DNA from: Candidatus Bathyarchaeota archaeon
GTDB taxonomy: Archaea; Thermoproteota; Bathyarchaeia; Bathyarchaeales; Bathyarchaeaceae
DNA: 64,000 nt
Assembly (NCBI GenBank): GCA_963697165.1
Contig: CAVOMX010000025.1
Coordinates: forward strand, 96,001-160,000
Direction of reading: 5' to 3'
Shown here: positions 1-11,137 of the stretch, piece by piece
How positions within the stretch are numbered: the first letter of the stretch is position 1
How the letters are laid out: each line of letters begins with the position of its first letter
Made by a program: the position numbers and the translations under genes
Notes under the pieces: generated by a model
The model's input: the letters and a program-made list of their open reading frames with translations, nothing else
Told to the model about the DNA's origin: nothing
Databases searched by the model: none

Positions 1-35
1 TCTAGGTCAACTAGCATTACGAGTCTGGCTTGCAT
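1..35 (-). CDS. Possible N-terminus of Y-family DNA polymerase IV (runs off window)
   Basis: Minus strand from ATG at 35 reads MQARLVMLVDL, like the DinB/Dbh start (IxxVDxDxF). Only 11 codons are visible. Confidence 0.35.
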   Translation of the reverse strand, partial: MQARLVMLVDL

Positions 36-254
36 GATAATAGCAGCCTCACACACCAAAGCAACAAATGATTACACATCTAGACTTTGACGGTTGGTAC
101 TTAATAAAATACCCTACAATCAAAAATCACCCAAAACTATCGACTGTATTTCATTTTGTCTGGTAGCACTGTTTTAATTGCAATTCATGCCTTTTTTGTG
201 TTGGCTTTTTCAAAGTGAACAGGTTAATATTGCTGGTTGTTTCTATTTATGGTC

Positions 255-659
255 ATGAATGCTTGTATTCTATACTTTTCCCTAACAGGTAACACTAAGA
301 AATTTGCAGAAAACATATCTGATTCCTTAAAGATTCCAACAGTCTATGACATAGCCACCACAGAACCCTCAGTTGTTAACGACTATGACGCGATAATTCT
401 TGGAACGCCAGTTCATGGATTTAGTCCCTCAAAAGAATCTTTGTCGTTTATAGAAAGCCTGCCTGACGGCGAGGGCAAACGGGCAATTCTGTTCTGTACC
501 TATCGCCTATGGAAGGGAAGAACATTTAGCAAATTGAAGAAAGAACTGAAAAAGAAGGGCTACAGCACGGTTCTGTGTACCTCAGCAAAAGGGAAAGAAT
601 TCACGGAAGAGGACTTTTCAGATTCTGTATGCAATATAGCAGAGGTACTAAAAGAATAG
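255..659 (+). CDS. Flavodoxin family protein
   Basis: YFSLTGNT phosphate loop, YDAIILGTP and LFCT. Start moved to ATG 255. Confidence 0.85.
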   Translation: MNACILYFSLTGNTKKFAENISDSLKIPTVYDIATTEPSVVNDYDAIILGTPVHGFSPSKESLSFIESLPDGEGKRAILFCTYRLWKGRTFSKLKKELKKKGYSTVLCTSAKGKEFTEEDFSDSVCNIAEVLKE

Positions 660-682
660 GCGACCCGTTTTGCGGGTAACAG

Positions 683-2881
683 CTATTTTTTGTTTAAAGT
701 TTCTTCTGTGTCAACTAAGGATTCTTTCAGATAGTCTTCCAGAGTCTCGCCGGGTATTACTTCGATGCTATAATCTCGTGGATCTATTGAGTGCTTGTAG
801 TTTTTGGCTGGAACAATAACCTTCTTGAAGCCCCACATCTCCGCGGCTTTAATCTTCTCATGTAATCCGCCAACCGCTGTAACTGGAACAATATCACTTA
901 CGCTGACATTGATTTCTCCGGTCACAGCAACATCTTGCCTGATGGGTTTTCCCTCCAGCAGCGAACAGAGGAGAATGGTCATGGTTACGCCTGCGCTTGG
1001 TCCATCCACGCTGTATGCTTGAGCAAAGTCTATGTGCGTAAAGAATTCTTGGGCAATGTCCACGCCATACTTCTGCAGGATGACACTTCTTACTTTCGCT
1101 ACGCTGTCCACGATGAACTGTTCTTGTCCGTCCTTTGCTATGCCTGTGACTTTGTAATATCCTTGCAGCGACTTGTCATATTTTTTGTCTCGTTTTTCTA
1201 GGAAACCTTTGACTGCAAGGACGTTGCCTGTCATCTCTCCGCTAAACGCGTCTTTGACTACTGCAACTCCGTAAATCTGTCCCATCTTCGCTCCTTCTGG
1301 GCTGATCTCCAGAAGCTCTCCTCTTTCGCTCATCTGATGCTCAAGAATCTGTTTCTGGATTGTCTTACAGTGCTTGTCGATGGCTTCTTTAACATGCCTC
1401 TTTTCAACAAACTCCAAGCCCTCGATCATCGCCAACGTGGCAGCTGTCTTGACGAAAGAAATCATGGGACGAAACTTAGTTGTTAACGCATTCTTTTTAT
1501 TGCTTCTCCTTCGTCCTTCGTCAACTATTTCTTCGCATGCTTCTCTGCTGAAAGGAAGCAGCCTGAACCGCGAAACCTCTTGGGCAATAAACTGGACGTA
1601 CTTGCGGCGGTTTTCGACAGTGTTTTGCATGTCATTATTCATCCGTACTACTTTGCCGTAACCGTATATCCTGTCCATAAGCGCTGGGTGAACCTGTCCG
1701 ATACTGTCAAAGTTTCCTGCGCCAACCAAGAAGCACATGCAGGGCACGGGCTCTGTAGCCACTGCCATGGCGGCTGTTCCTCCTGCTCCGCTTAAACGGC
1801 TTCGCATGGTTACGGGCAGTTGTCCATCTTCTAGGACTGTCAGCAGCGTGATTGCTTCGTCTGGCTGCATGTTTTTGATTTCGTCAATGTATAGGATGCC
1901 GAGGTGGGCTCGGTGGACGTCTCCAGCGCTTACCCTTTGATGCTCTGGAGTGCCAAGTCCTCCTGTTTGTAGGGGGTCCCATGCGATGCTTCCGAACAGT
2001 TGGGCTGAGCCGTGTCCTGTTGCATCAAGGAATGGGGCAACATTTTTGGAATTATCCACTATGAATTTTGGAACACTCGTTGCTTTTGCTCCACCTATTC
2101 CTTTGGCGTTTCCGAGTACCCCGAAGCGTCCTAGTACATTTACTAGAATCAGGAACATGAGCATCATTCCGGCTGGCAGAAAAGTTATGCTTCCAATAGA
2201 CACGAAGCTGTCTATCATGTATTTGCTGAAGTCGCCGTTGTTGACTGTTTGAAGCGGTTCTCCAAATCCGGTCATGGCGTTTGTGTCCCAAGCAACTTTC
2301 TCTTGCCACAGATAATAGAAGCCAGCAAACATGAAGATGGAGGCAACAATTATCATTAGATAGATTATAGCTTTGATTCCGAGACGCTGAAGAAACAGTT
2401 TCTTGGCTTCTTTCAGTTTTTGTTTAAGTATAATCCTTTTTCCTTCACCAGCGGGATGACAAGAGATTTTTGGTTCACTGGGGTTTATGTTGTTTTGCCA
2501 GCATATTACATCTTGAAGCTTAATGTCCTCTTTCTTGTAAAGGTCTGTCATGTGGACAGAGAGGGCTCTTCCGATCAGGGATTTTCCTGTTCCGGGGTCT
2601 CCCAGCAAAAGCAGGTATGGTCCGGGGGGGGCGGTTTTGGTGATTTGGGGTTTCTCTTTGTCTGGGTCCTTCCATGCCTCATACCATTTTTCTTCTTTGA
2701 GGTTCTTGAGTTTGTGGACCCATTCTTCTAGACAGAGGTAGCACTCTTTTAGTGCTCGTTCTTGTCCTATGACCCACTCGAGAAGGTTGTCGGAAACTTG
2801 GTAGTCCTTAGTGGATTCGAAGTTTTTCCAGTCCCAGTTCTTGCCGCGGATAATCTCTTCATCTTCTCCGAAGTAGCCCAA
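683..2881 (-). CDS. lonB: Membrane-anchored ATP-dependent Lon protease (LonB architecture)
   Basis: Walker A GDPGTGKS, two TM segments inside the AAA+ domain, Walker B LYIDE, catalytic DGPSAG and TGEI...VGGLHEKIKAA (Ser-Lys dyad). Confidence 0.93.
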   Translation of the reverse strand: MGYFGEDEEIIRGKNWDWKNFESTKDYQVSDNLLEWVIGQERALKECYLCLEEWVHKLKNLKEEKWYEAWKDPDKEKPQITKTAPPGPYLLLLGDPGTGKSLIGRALSVHMTDLYKKEDIKLQDVICWQNNINPSEPKISCHPAGEGKRIILKQKLKEAKKLFLQRLGIKAIIYLMIIVASIFMFAGFYYLWQEKVAWDTNAMTGFGEPLQTVNNGDFSKYMIDSFVSIGSITFLPAGMMLMFLILVNVLGRFGVLGNAKGIGGAKATSVPKFIVDNSKNVAPFLDATGHGSAQLFGSIAWDPLQTGGLGTPEHQRVSAGDVHRAHLGILYIDEIKNMQPDEAITLLTVLEDGQLPVTMRSRLSGAGGTAAMAVATEPVPCMCFLVGAGNFDSIGQVHPALMDRIYGYGKVVRMNNDMQNTVENRRKYVQFIAQEVSRFRLLPFSREACEEIVDEGRRRSNKKNALTTKFRPMISFVKTAATLAMIEGLEFVEKRHVKEAIDKHCKTIQKQILEHQMSERGELLEISPEGAKMGQIYGVAVVKDAFSGEMTGNVLAVKGFLEKRDKKYDKSLQGYYKVTGIAKDGQEQFIVDSVAKVRSVILQKYGVDIAQEFFTHIDFAQAYSVDGPSAGVTMTILLCSLLEGKPIRQDVAVTGEINVSVSDIVPVTAVGGLHEKIKAAEMWGFKKVIVPAKNYKHSIDPRDYSIEVIPGETLEDYLKESLVDTEETLNKK

Positions 2882-3207
2882 ATTTTTCCCTCATGAACTT
2901 TTTCTGCTAATCATTTTGTAGGGTTTGCACAGGCTTTCATTGAGAGCATATGCTGTCCTGAAACAATGAGGTCGTTGTAGACGAAGATAAAACCCTATTA
3001 CGAAACCGAATATATTACGGAAAGAGAGTGTATACGCATTTTTCTTGGAATTTTTGAAGAATGAGTGGATAATTTTTTTGGTTTTTTCGATTTATTGTGT
3101 TGTATCCTTTCTGGAATTCTAAAATTCTTGGTATATATTGACCCAGAAGATTTTATTAGCGAGTAGCTTTGGAAATGTTAGTCACAGGTTATTGTAGGGG
3201 AAACAGG

Positions 3208-4008
3208 ATGAAGGATAGTATTGCGGTTATTGGTGCGGGGGTAATAGGCGGATCTGTAGTTAAGAGTCTTTTGAAGAGCGGATACGAAGGCAAAATTACG
3301 GTCTCTGAAATACAGCAGGAAAAAGCTAGGGAACTAGAGCAGTTGGGCGTAACCTTGACCAGCGATAACAGGAAAGCAGCAAGAAAAGCTGATGTTGTTT
3401 TCTTGTGTGTGAAGCCGAATGTTTTGAAGACTGTTTTGAAGGAGATAAGTAAAGAGGTTGAGGAAAAGCTTGTGATTTCTACGGCTGCAGCGGTTACTGT
3501 TAATTTTTGTAAGCGTGTGGTGCCTAAGGCTCATTTTGTGCGGATTATGCCTAATGTTGCGATTCTAGTTCAGGAGTCTTTTACTGCATACTCTTGCGAC
3601 GATGACGTGACCAAGGAGGACAAGGAGAAGGTCAAGGAGATTCTTGGCGTGATGGGAATAGCCATGGAAATTGAAGAGCAGTATATGGATGCTGTTACTG
3701 CAGTTAGTGGGAGCGGTCCCGGCTACATTTCGGTTATAATTGAAGCTATCGTATATGCGGGCTTGAAGGTTGGTTTGCCAAGAGATTTGGCTTTGATTAG
3801 TGCGGCTCAGGCTGTTCTTGGAACCGCGAAGCTTGTGTTGGAGACGGGGCAGACTCCTGCTCAGATACGCGATAATGTCACGACTCCGGGGGGAACCACT
3901 ATCGAAGCCATTTATGAGGTTGAAGGTAGCGATGTTAGGCAGGCTTTGATGAGGGCGGTTGAGGCAGCAACCAAGAAGAGCGAGAAGATTAGGAGGCAGT
4001 GGGAATAA
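3208..4008 (+). CDS. proC: Pyrroline-5-carboxylate reductase
   Basis: IGAGVIG Rossmann motif, RIMPN, TAVSGSGP and VTTPGGTT. Confidence 0.95.
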   Translation: MKDSIAVIGAGVIGGSVVKSLLKSGYEGKITVSEIQQEKARELEQLGVTLTSDNRKAARKADVVFLCVKPNVLKTVLKEISKEVEEKLVISTAAAVTVNFCKRVVPKAHFVRIMPNVAILVQESFTAYSCDDDVTKEDKEKVKEILGVMGIAMEIEEQYMDAVTAVSGSGPGYISVIIEAIVYAGLKVGLPRDLALISAAQAVLGTAKLVLETGQTPAQIRDNVTTPGGTTIEAIYEVEGSDVRQALMRAVEAATKKSEKIRRQWE

Positions 4009-4060
4009 AACAGTTAAGTTGACCAAAACGTTAATCCAATAATTTAACGAGTGTATAGTT

Positions 4061-4586
4061 ATGCCAGAAGAGAAGATTGTTGTCCTCATGGGGTCTCCAA
4101 GAGATCTACAGTTTGCAGCCAAAATCAAGAGTTTTCTGAAAAAGGAAAAATTTCCAGTCAGTTGCGTTTACAATGTTGCTTCTGCTCATAGGACTCCAGA
4201 AAAACTGTTGAATGACTTGCAAAGGAAATGAGAAAAGCAAAAGCAGTATCGTCTATGTTACGGTTGCTGGTTTGTCGGATGCTCTTTCAGGAGTTGTTGC
4301 AGGTTACACCCGTTTTCCTGTTATTGCTTGTCCTCCGGATTCTGAAGAACATGGAGGCATTAAGGTTTTTTCTTCGACTGCGATGCCTAATGGGATCCCT
4401 GTTGCCTATGTTGCTAAGCCAGAAAACGCTGCTCTAGCTGCTATCAGAATTTTTGCCTTAACTAACCCTGAACTAAAAGAACAATTGGACAAGTTTAAGC
4501 AAAAAATGGCAAAAGCAGTCTACGATGGAGCAGAAGAAGTAAAGAAAATAACCGAAAAAAAAGACGTTAATAGACTAGCAGTCTAA
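4061..4586 (+). CDS. purE: AIR carboxylase PurE (class II-like), one apparent frameshift near 4225
   Basis: From ATG 4061 reads MPEEKIVVLMGSPRD...VASAHRTPE, then continues in the 4212..4586 frame with VAGLSDALSGVVAG...PVIACPP...NAALAA. Confidence 0.9.
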
Positions 4587-4632
4587 GAAAAAGTTTGTTT
4601 TCAAAAATCAGCTGTTATTAGTCTCCTAATAT
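4587..4632 (-). repeat. 46-bp dispersed intergenic repeat, copy 1
   Basis: Reverse complement ATATTAGGAGACTAATAACAGCTGATTTTTGAAAACAAACTTTTTC is 40/46 identical (ungapped) to 42791-42836. Confidence 0.8.
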
Positions 4633-4725
4633 GACGGCGTATTCTTCAGAACTGGTTATGTTTAGTTGTTGTGGACCAGCGTAACTTATAAGAAAACCTC
4701 GCCAATGAAAAAGGTGTGGAACGCT

Positions 4726-5802
4726 ATGTCTAAGAAGCTTACTTACTCTGAGGCGGGCGTGGACAGGGAAACGAGGGTAAAATCTAAAGAAGCTCTGTCT
4801 ATGTTGAAGCAGACCTACACTTTGGGCAAATACGGAAAAGTCGTTGAGCTGCCTTACGGTAACATCTTCCTTGCAGGCGACCGCTACCTAGACCTTGTAA
4901 TAGAGGGGGTTGGAACCAAAGTTCTCCTGGCGCAGCTAGCCGACAAGTACGACACCATCGGAGTGGACGGGGTTGCAATGGCAGTCAACGACGTGATACG
5001 CTCAGGCGCTACTCCTTTGGCTTTGGTTGACAACTTTCATGCCCACGTCTCCGACCCAGATTTGGTTAGAGAGTGGTTGAAGGGTATAGTGAAGGGCGCA
5101 GAAGAGTCGAATTGTCCAGTTCCCGGAGGCGAAATCGGAGACGTAGCATCCATCATAAAGGGTTTAACCGAAGGAAAAGGCTTCGACTTGATTGTCGCCA
5201 GTGTAGGTGACGTTTTAGAAGAGAATATTATCACTGGAACAGCCATCAAGGCGGGGGATGTTGTTGTGGGCATACGAAGTTCGGGTGTTCACAGCAACGG
5301 AATCTCGTTGGTAAGAAAAGTTCTGTTCAAGGAGTGGGGTGGCAAATACGAGCCCTTCGATGTTCCAGACGGCTTCGACAGGGAAGTCGTTTACGAGGCA
5401 TTGGAGCCTACAAAAATTTATGTTAAATCTTTCCTGAACACCACAAAACAGGTCAAAGTGAAAGGTGCAATTCACATTACAGGAGATGCCTACGTCAAGT
5501 TTGACCGATTTATGAAGTATTCCAAAGGAATCGGCTTCGAGTTCGATAACTTCAAACCACAACCAATCTTTGGGCTGATTCAAGAGACCGCGCCTGAGGT
5601 TGCCGGCGTAATAACCGATGAGGAGATGTTAAAAACATTCAATATGGGCTGGGGCTTCGCCATTGTAGTAGACAAGAACGAAGAAGACGAGGCAATATCA
5701 GTAATCGAGAAAAGCGGAGCAGAAGCCGAAAGTGTCGGAAAGGTAACGGATTCGGGAAGAATTGTTGCAAGATACAAAGACAAAAAGCTGGAGCTACGGT
5801 AA
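4726..5802 (+). CDS. purM: Phosphoribosylaminoimidazole (AIR) synthetase
   Basis: TYSEAGVD, EGVGTK, AMAVND, GGE, SSGVHSNG, HITG and TFNMGWG. Confidence 0.95.
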   Translation: MSKKLTYSEAGVDRETRVKSKEALSMLKQTYTLGKYGKVVELPYGNIFLAGDRYLDLVIEGVGTKVLLAQLADKYDTIGVDGVAMAVNDVIRSGATPLALVDNFHAHVSDPDLVREWLKGIVKGAEESNCPVPGGEIGDVASIIKGLTEGKGFDLIVASVGDVLEENIITGTAIKAGDVVVGIRSSGVHSNGISLVRKVLFKEWGGKYEPFDVPDGFDREVVYEALEPTKIYVKSFLNTTKQVKVKGAIHITGDAYVKFDRFMKYSKGIGFEFDNFKPQPIFGLIQETAPEVAGVITDEEMLKTFNMGWGFAIVVDKNEEDEAISVIEKSGAEAESVGKVTDSGRIVARYKDKKLELR

Positions 5803-5872
5803 AGGGTTTAACTTTTCATTTAAATTTTTAAATAGATAAGATTTAAATTTTGATTTTTTACTAACAATCACA

Positions 5873-6121
5873 ATGTATCGCGCAAGAATCGAAGTCAGCC
5901 TCAAACCGGGGCACTCAGACCCAGAAGGAGAAATGACAGTCCAATCCCTAAAGGAACTAAAGTTCTCCGCCAAAAAAGTCAACGTAAGCAAAGTTTACAC
6001 AATAGTTTTTGAAGCCGAAAACAAACAGAAAGCCGAACAGGCAGTAGAAGAGATGTGCAGAAAACTCCTTGCTAACCCAACAAAAGACAACTACAGCTTC
6101 AAAATAGAGGAAGAAAAATGA
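5873..6121 (+). CDS. purS: FGAM synthase subunit PurS
   Basis: LKPGHSDPEG and KLLANP motifs; immediately upstream of purL. Confidence 0.95.
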   Translation: MYRARIEVSLKPGHSDPEGEMTVQSLKELKFSAKKVNVSKVYTIVFEAENKQKAEQAVEEMCRKLLANPTKDNYSFKIEEEK

Positions 6122-8493
6122 GCCGCTACGTCAAAAAAGACGTGCCCTTCGAACTCGTAGAAATAAACCTGAAAAACGCTGACGACAAGCAACTCGCCAA
6201 AATCAGCAGCGAAATGGGAATCGGCTTAAACCATAGCGAAATGAGGCTGGTACAAAATTACTTCTCACGCAAAAACCGTAACCCAACAGACGTGGAACTA
6301 CAGACCATCGGACAAACATGGTCTGAGCACTGTTACCACAAAACCTTCAAAGGAGACATAAAAACGCCAGAAGGCGAAATCCGTAGCCTATTCAAAACCT
6401 ACATCGCCAAAGCAACAGAAGAACTAGACCCCGAATGGTGCATATCCGTGTTCGAGGACAACGCGGGAATAATCGAGTTTGACAAAAACTATGCAATCGC
6501 AGCAAAGGTTGAAACCCACAACCACCCCTCCGCCATAGAGCCTTTTGGAGGAGCTGCCACAGGAACAGGCGGTGTAATACGCGACATACTCGCAGTTTGG
6601 GCTGACCCCATAGCATGCACAGATGTGCTCTGTTTTGGTCCACTAGATTATGATTACAATAAGCTTCCTCCCGGAACAAAACACCCAAAATACGTTTACA
6701 GAGGCGTAGTTGCGGGGATAGGCAGCTACGGAAACAACATGGGAATCCCAACAGTCAACGGGGCCATAAACTTTGACGAAAGCTACGTCGGCAACGTAGT
6801 AGTCTACTGTGGTTGTGTTGGGATTCTTCCAAAAGTCAAGTTTGTGAAAGACACCAGAGCAGGAGACATAGCACTTCTTGTTGGCGGAGAAACCGGAAGA
6901 GACGGAATCCACGGCGTCACCTTCGCCTCGGCAGAACTAACCAAAGAATCCGAGGAAATTTCACGTCCCGCAGTTCAAATCGCAAACCCCATAGAGGAAG
7001 AACGAGTCAAACGAGCCATAGTTAAGTTGCGAGATGAGGGTTTAGCCTCAGCCATAACAGACATAGGCGGAGGCGGAATCTCGTGTGGAACAGGAGAAAT
7101 GGCTGAACGCTCAAACCTTGGAATTCACGTTTACCTAGAAAAGATTCCCCTAAAGTATCAGGGCTTGACGCCATGGGAAATCTACGTCTCCGAATCACAA
7201 GAACGGATGCTCATCTCTGTTCCAGAAAAGAACTTGGAGAAAGCCTGGAAATTTTTGAAACCGAAAACGTCAAGGCAACATCCATAGGCAAATTCACAAC
7301 GGACGGAATCCTACAAGTAACATACAGGGGACAAACCAGTCGCGGAACTGGACATCGACTTCGTTTTTGATCCCCCAAAATTTGTGGGAACCACAGAATG
7401 GCAGCCACTCAAACTGGAAAGGCCAACATTTCCAGAGCCAACAGACCTAACCAAAGAACTCTTTGGGCTGCTTTCTTTGCCGAACATCGCAAGCAAAGAA
7501 TCGGTGATAAGAACCTACGACCACGAAGTTAAAGGAAACACGGCACTAAAGCCCCTACAAGGCAAGTATGGCGGACCAAATGACGCTGCAGTCCTAAAAC
7601 CCTTACCAGATTCGTGGAAGGGAGTAGTCATCTCCAGCGGAATGAACACCAACTACGGCAAAATCGACACATACTGGATGGCAGCCTCAGGAATAGACGA
7701 GGCAATAAGAAACAATGTTGCCGTGGGCGGAAGAAGAATCGCACTTCTTGACAACTTCACTTGGGGAAACCCACAAAAGCCCGACAGACTCGGCTCGCTA
7801 GTACGCGCATGCAAGGCGTGCTACGATTTTGCCAAGGGCTTCCAGACGCCATTTATTTCAGGAAAAGACAGTCTCTACAACGAATCGCCAATGGGGCCAG
7901 TAACGCCAACGCTGCTAATAACAGCAATCGGAGTAACCCCGGACATACGAAAAACGGTATCCATGGAGCTAAAACAGCCCGGAAACATCATTTACATGGT
8001 CGGCAAGACCTACGCCGAGCTGGGAGGTAGCCACTACTACCAAAACAGAGGCTTCCTAGGAAACTCTGTTCCAAAAGTGAGAATAGAACAGGCAAAGAAA
8101 ACAATGGATCGGATTACAGAAGCCATCGACAAAGGCTACTTACGGTCATGCCACGACCTTTCAGAAGGAGGATTAGCAGTTGCCTCTGCGGAGATGGCTT
8201 TCAGCAGCGGATACGGAATAGAACTGGACCTCAGGAAGGTTCCCAGAACCAAAGAATTAACTGCAGAAACGATTTTGTTCTCTTCTCGGAATCAAACAGC
8301 AGATTCCTAGTTGAAGTAACAGAAAAACACAGAGACAGACTTCGAAGCCCTAATGAAAGACACAGATTGCGCTGAGATTGGCAAAGTCAAGAAGGACGCT
8401 TATCTTTCTGTTACTGGCTTGGATGGCAAACAGAAGATTCACGCCGATTTAGAGGAATTGAGGAGACGCTGGAAAAGCGTCCTAGGAGCATAA
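6118..8493 (+). CDS. purL: FGAM synthase subunit PurL, split by several apparent frameshifts (about 7250-7380 and 8255-8340)
   Basis: TWSEHCYHK, KVETHNHPSAIEPFGGAATG, SESQERM, YDHEV, ISGKDSLYN, CHDLSEGGL and FSESNSRFLVEV spread over consecutive frames. Confidence 0.93.
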
Positions 8494-8498
8494 GTTGC

Positions 8499-9317
8499 AT
8501 GAAGGCAGAAGAGATTCGCGTCTGCGTCATGAGGGTCGGCGGAACAAACTGCGACGCCGAAACCAAAAGAGCCTTTGATGAACTGGGCGCTAGGGCAGAT
8601 GTGCTTCACCTCAACGAGATAGTGAAGAACCGAAATCTTCTAGATTATAATGCGCTTGTTTTTCCGGGCGGATTCTCGTATGGCGACTACGTAAGGGCTG
8701 GAGCCATCTGGGCTACCGGAACACTAACAAAACTTCGCAAAGACCTGAAACAGTTCGTTGAGGAAGAGAGACCAATCTTGGGAATCTGCAACGGCTTTCA
8801 GGTTCTAGTTGAAGCAGGACTATTGCCCGCCTTCGAGGGAATCAGCGAGTACCCCGAGGCAACTTTGGCAACCAATATTCCGATTGGGTACCGCTGCAAG
8901 TGGATTTACCTTAAGCACAAAAATTCTGGAAACTGCCTCTTCACAAAAAACATTCCAAGAGACAAAGTATTGCACATACCTGTGGCTCACGGAGAAGGAC
9001 GTTTCCTGTTTGCAAAAGAAAACGAAACACGTTACCTAGAGAAGCTGTATGATAACGATCAACTCGTATTCAGATACTGCAACAAAGAAGGCGACTATCC
9101 AAATGGAGAGTTTCCCATCAACCCCAACGGAGCATTCCACGACATCGCAGGCATCTGCAATCCCGCAGGAACAGTTTTTGGTTTAATGCCACATCCTGAA
9201 AGAGCATTTTATGGTTGGCAGTTGCCTGACTGGACAAAAACAGAGTCTGCGCCAATGTATGGGGACGGAAAACTGGTTTTTGAGTCGATGATGGATTACC
9301 TGAAGAGGCGCTTCTAG
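8499..9317 (+). CDS. purQ: FGAM synthase glutaminase subunit
   Basis: GTNCD, PGGFSYGD, GICNGFQ, AHGEG and MPHPER. Confidence 0.96.
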   Translation: MKAEEIRVCVMRVGGTNCDAETKRAFDELGARADVLHLNEIVKNRNLLDYNALVFPGGFSYGDYVRAGAIWATGTLTKLRKDLKQFVEEERPILGICNGFQVLVEAGLLPAFEGISEYPEATLATNIPIGYRCKWIYLKHKNSGNCLFTKNIPRDKVLHIPVAHGEGRFLFAKENETRYLEKLYDNDQLVFRYCNKEGDYPNGEFPINPNGAFHDIAGICNPAGTVFGLMPHPERAFYGWQLPDWTKTESAPMYGDGKLVFESMMDYLKRRF

Positions 9318-10217
9318 AGGTCTTTTAGGTCTGCTAACTGTGGTAGTCCGGTTCTGGCGCCCATCTTTGCGACGCATCGGGAAGCAACAAAGTTTCCCAG
9401 CCTTCCACACTCAAACAAATCTTTTCTTCTTGGTAAGTCCGTAGATGAAGCCTGCACAGAAAGCGTCGCCAGCGCCAGTCGTATCCACCGCCTCCACATT
9501 GTAAGCTTCAATCAGGTGGCTCTCTTTCCCGTCCGAGACGTAGCAGCCCCTTTTGCCAAGCTTAACCGCAACTAACTCAGCACCCAACTCTAGGAACTTC
9601 TTAGCTCCTTCTCTGTAGTCCTGCCCAGTAAGCAGTTTAACTTCATTCTCGTTGGGAAACACTGCATAGCTTCTTCTGATTAGTGGCTTTAGCGCCGCCA
9701 AACCTTTTCTTGCATAGAGTGCTCCGGGGTCAAAACAGGTTTTCACGTCAGAAAGCTTGGTTATGAGCCTTTTTTGTGCGTTGAAGGGCTTTTCTGCAAC
9801 AAACGATGACAGATGCAGAAACTGTGTGCCAGAAACATAATCGATGTTGATGTCGTTGAAGTCCAACTGGTCGTTAACTCCCGGATCAACATACAATGCT
9901 CGGTCTCCCTTCGGGTCGATGTATCCCATGACCGTGCCGCTTCTGCCGTTCTCTGAGACAGTTATGCCGTTGACGTCAACGCCTTCCTGTCTAAACTCAT
10001 CCAACAGAAACTTTCCTTCACGGTCAGCGGCAACCTTCCCTATATAGCCAGTTTTCAGTTCCAGCCTAGCTAAGCCCACAACAGTGTTGGCTGCCGAGCC
10101 TCCAGCGGATTCCTTGAAGTCCGTGACGAAACCCTCTTCCTCTTCTTTGGCTATCATGTTAACCTTGAAGAGCTTGTCCAAGTTGAGGGCGCCGAACCCA
10201 ACAACATCAAAAGTCAT
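9314..10217 (-). CDS. PfkB/ribokinase-family nucleoside kinase (EhaT-like); frameshift near 9420 joins the C-terminal 9314..9511 frame
   Basis: GGSAAN, FDPG, PNENE, VKLGKRG, DTTGAGDAFCAG and the C-terminal GNFVASRCV..GAR. Confidence 0.9.
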
Positions 10218-11119
10218 CAAAACAGCCCCCGCAGGCGTATTTTGTGTCTGCCCAGTTTTCCGCCATAATTACCCGCAGAAACTTTTACTACTCCATCCAC
10301 TTTTGCGGCGGCTTGTATGCCAGCCTTCATTGCAGCTTTCACTGCTTGCATTGAGGTGCCGTTTATTACAATCTCGGGAATATACTTCACGTTTTCTGGA
10401 ACCTTCGATTCTGCTCCCAACTTTTCCTTCAATGACGAACAGTATAGATGATTTGTGGTAGGACCAATCAACGGAAACTTGGTTTCAGGCTTTGAACCCG
10501 CAGAACAAACATCAAAGGGCGTTATGACGCCCGGAACCTCATGTATGGCATCTAACGCTTTTTGTCCCGCATCCATGACTGCCTTTTTGGTTTTGCACAT
10601 GAACCAGAAGTTGGCGCCCATCACACCTTTAGCGTAACCCAGCTCCGTTTCTATCAAAAAGTCAGAAACCATCAAAGGAACAACAATCAAGTTTCGCCCA
10701 TACCGCTGTTCTATCCACTCAAAACCGTCCCCACAGTGACCAACCCGCTCCATCATCCCAATCTTTCCATCAGCCTTAACCAAAGCATCAAAAACTGCAG
10801 TGAACGGCTTCACCAAAATGTCCTGCCGTATCCTAAAAGACAACTCAGTCTCAAACTTTTTCATAGACAAGTCCAGCGGCTTATTTTCGTCGATTCCTCC
10901 CCAAAACTGCAAAACAACGCCTTCCCGTCCGTCTGGCGTTTCTTTTCGGGTTAACCATTTTTCGATGCCGCCTTCGATTCTGCCGATAACTATTGCTGGC
11001 GTGGCTGTTGCATGCAGCGCTGCCCGTTCTAACACTTCTTTGTGGTCAGCGGTGACGATGACTCTGGAAAGTATTCCGTCGAAAGCTTCTGCGTATGTGT
11101 CTTCGATTTCAGCCGTCAT
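10217..11119 (-). CDS. Formylmethanofuran:H4MPT formyltransferase paralog (Ftr-like, EhaS-like)
   Basis: [47 protein letters not shown] and [10 protein letters not shown]. Diverges from canonical Ftr (GHCGDG, CSAGSK). Confidence 0.88.
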   Translation of the reverse strand: MTAEIEDTYAEAFDGILSRVIVTADHKEVLERAALHATATPAIVIGRIEGGIEKWLTRKETPDGREGVVLQFWGGIDENKPLDLSMKKFETELSFRIRQDILVKPFTAVFDALVKADGKIGMMERVGHCGDGFEWIEQRYGRNLIVVPLMVSDFLIETELGYAKGVMGANFWFMCKTKKAVMDAGQKALDAIHEVPGVITPFDVCSAGSKPETKFPLIGPTTNHLYCSSLKEKLGAESKVPENVKYIPEIVINGTSMQAVKAAMKAGIQAAAKVDGVVKVSAGNYGGKLGRHKIRLRGLF

Positions 11120-11137
11120 AGAGTCCCCCTTCTTATG

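Noticed and set aside
663..677. Hairpin ACCCG-TTTTG-CGGGT between convergent genes as a terminator
   Set aside because: Only a 5-bp stem, and archaeal termination relies mainly on U-tracts; too weak to call.
6118..8493. Naturally split purL or programmed frameshifting
   Set aside because: Several shifts within one gene and the same pattern in essential genes point to sequencing indels.
10217..11119. Ftr as evidence of methanogenesis or a Wood-Ljungdahl operon
   Set aside because: No fwd, mch, mtd or mcr neighbours; the sequence is a divergent paralog in a purine operon.
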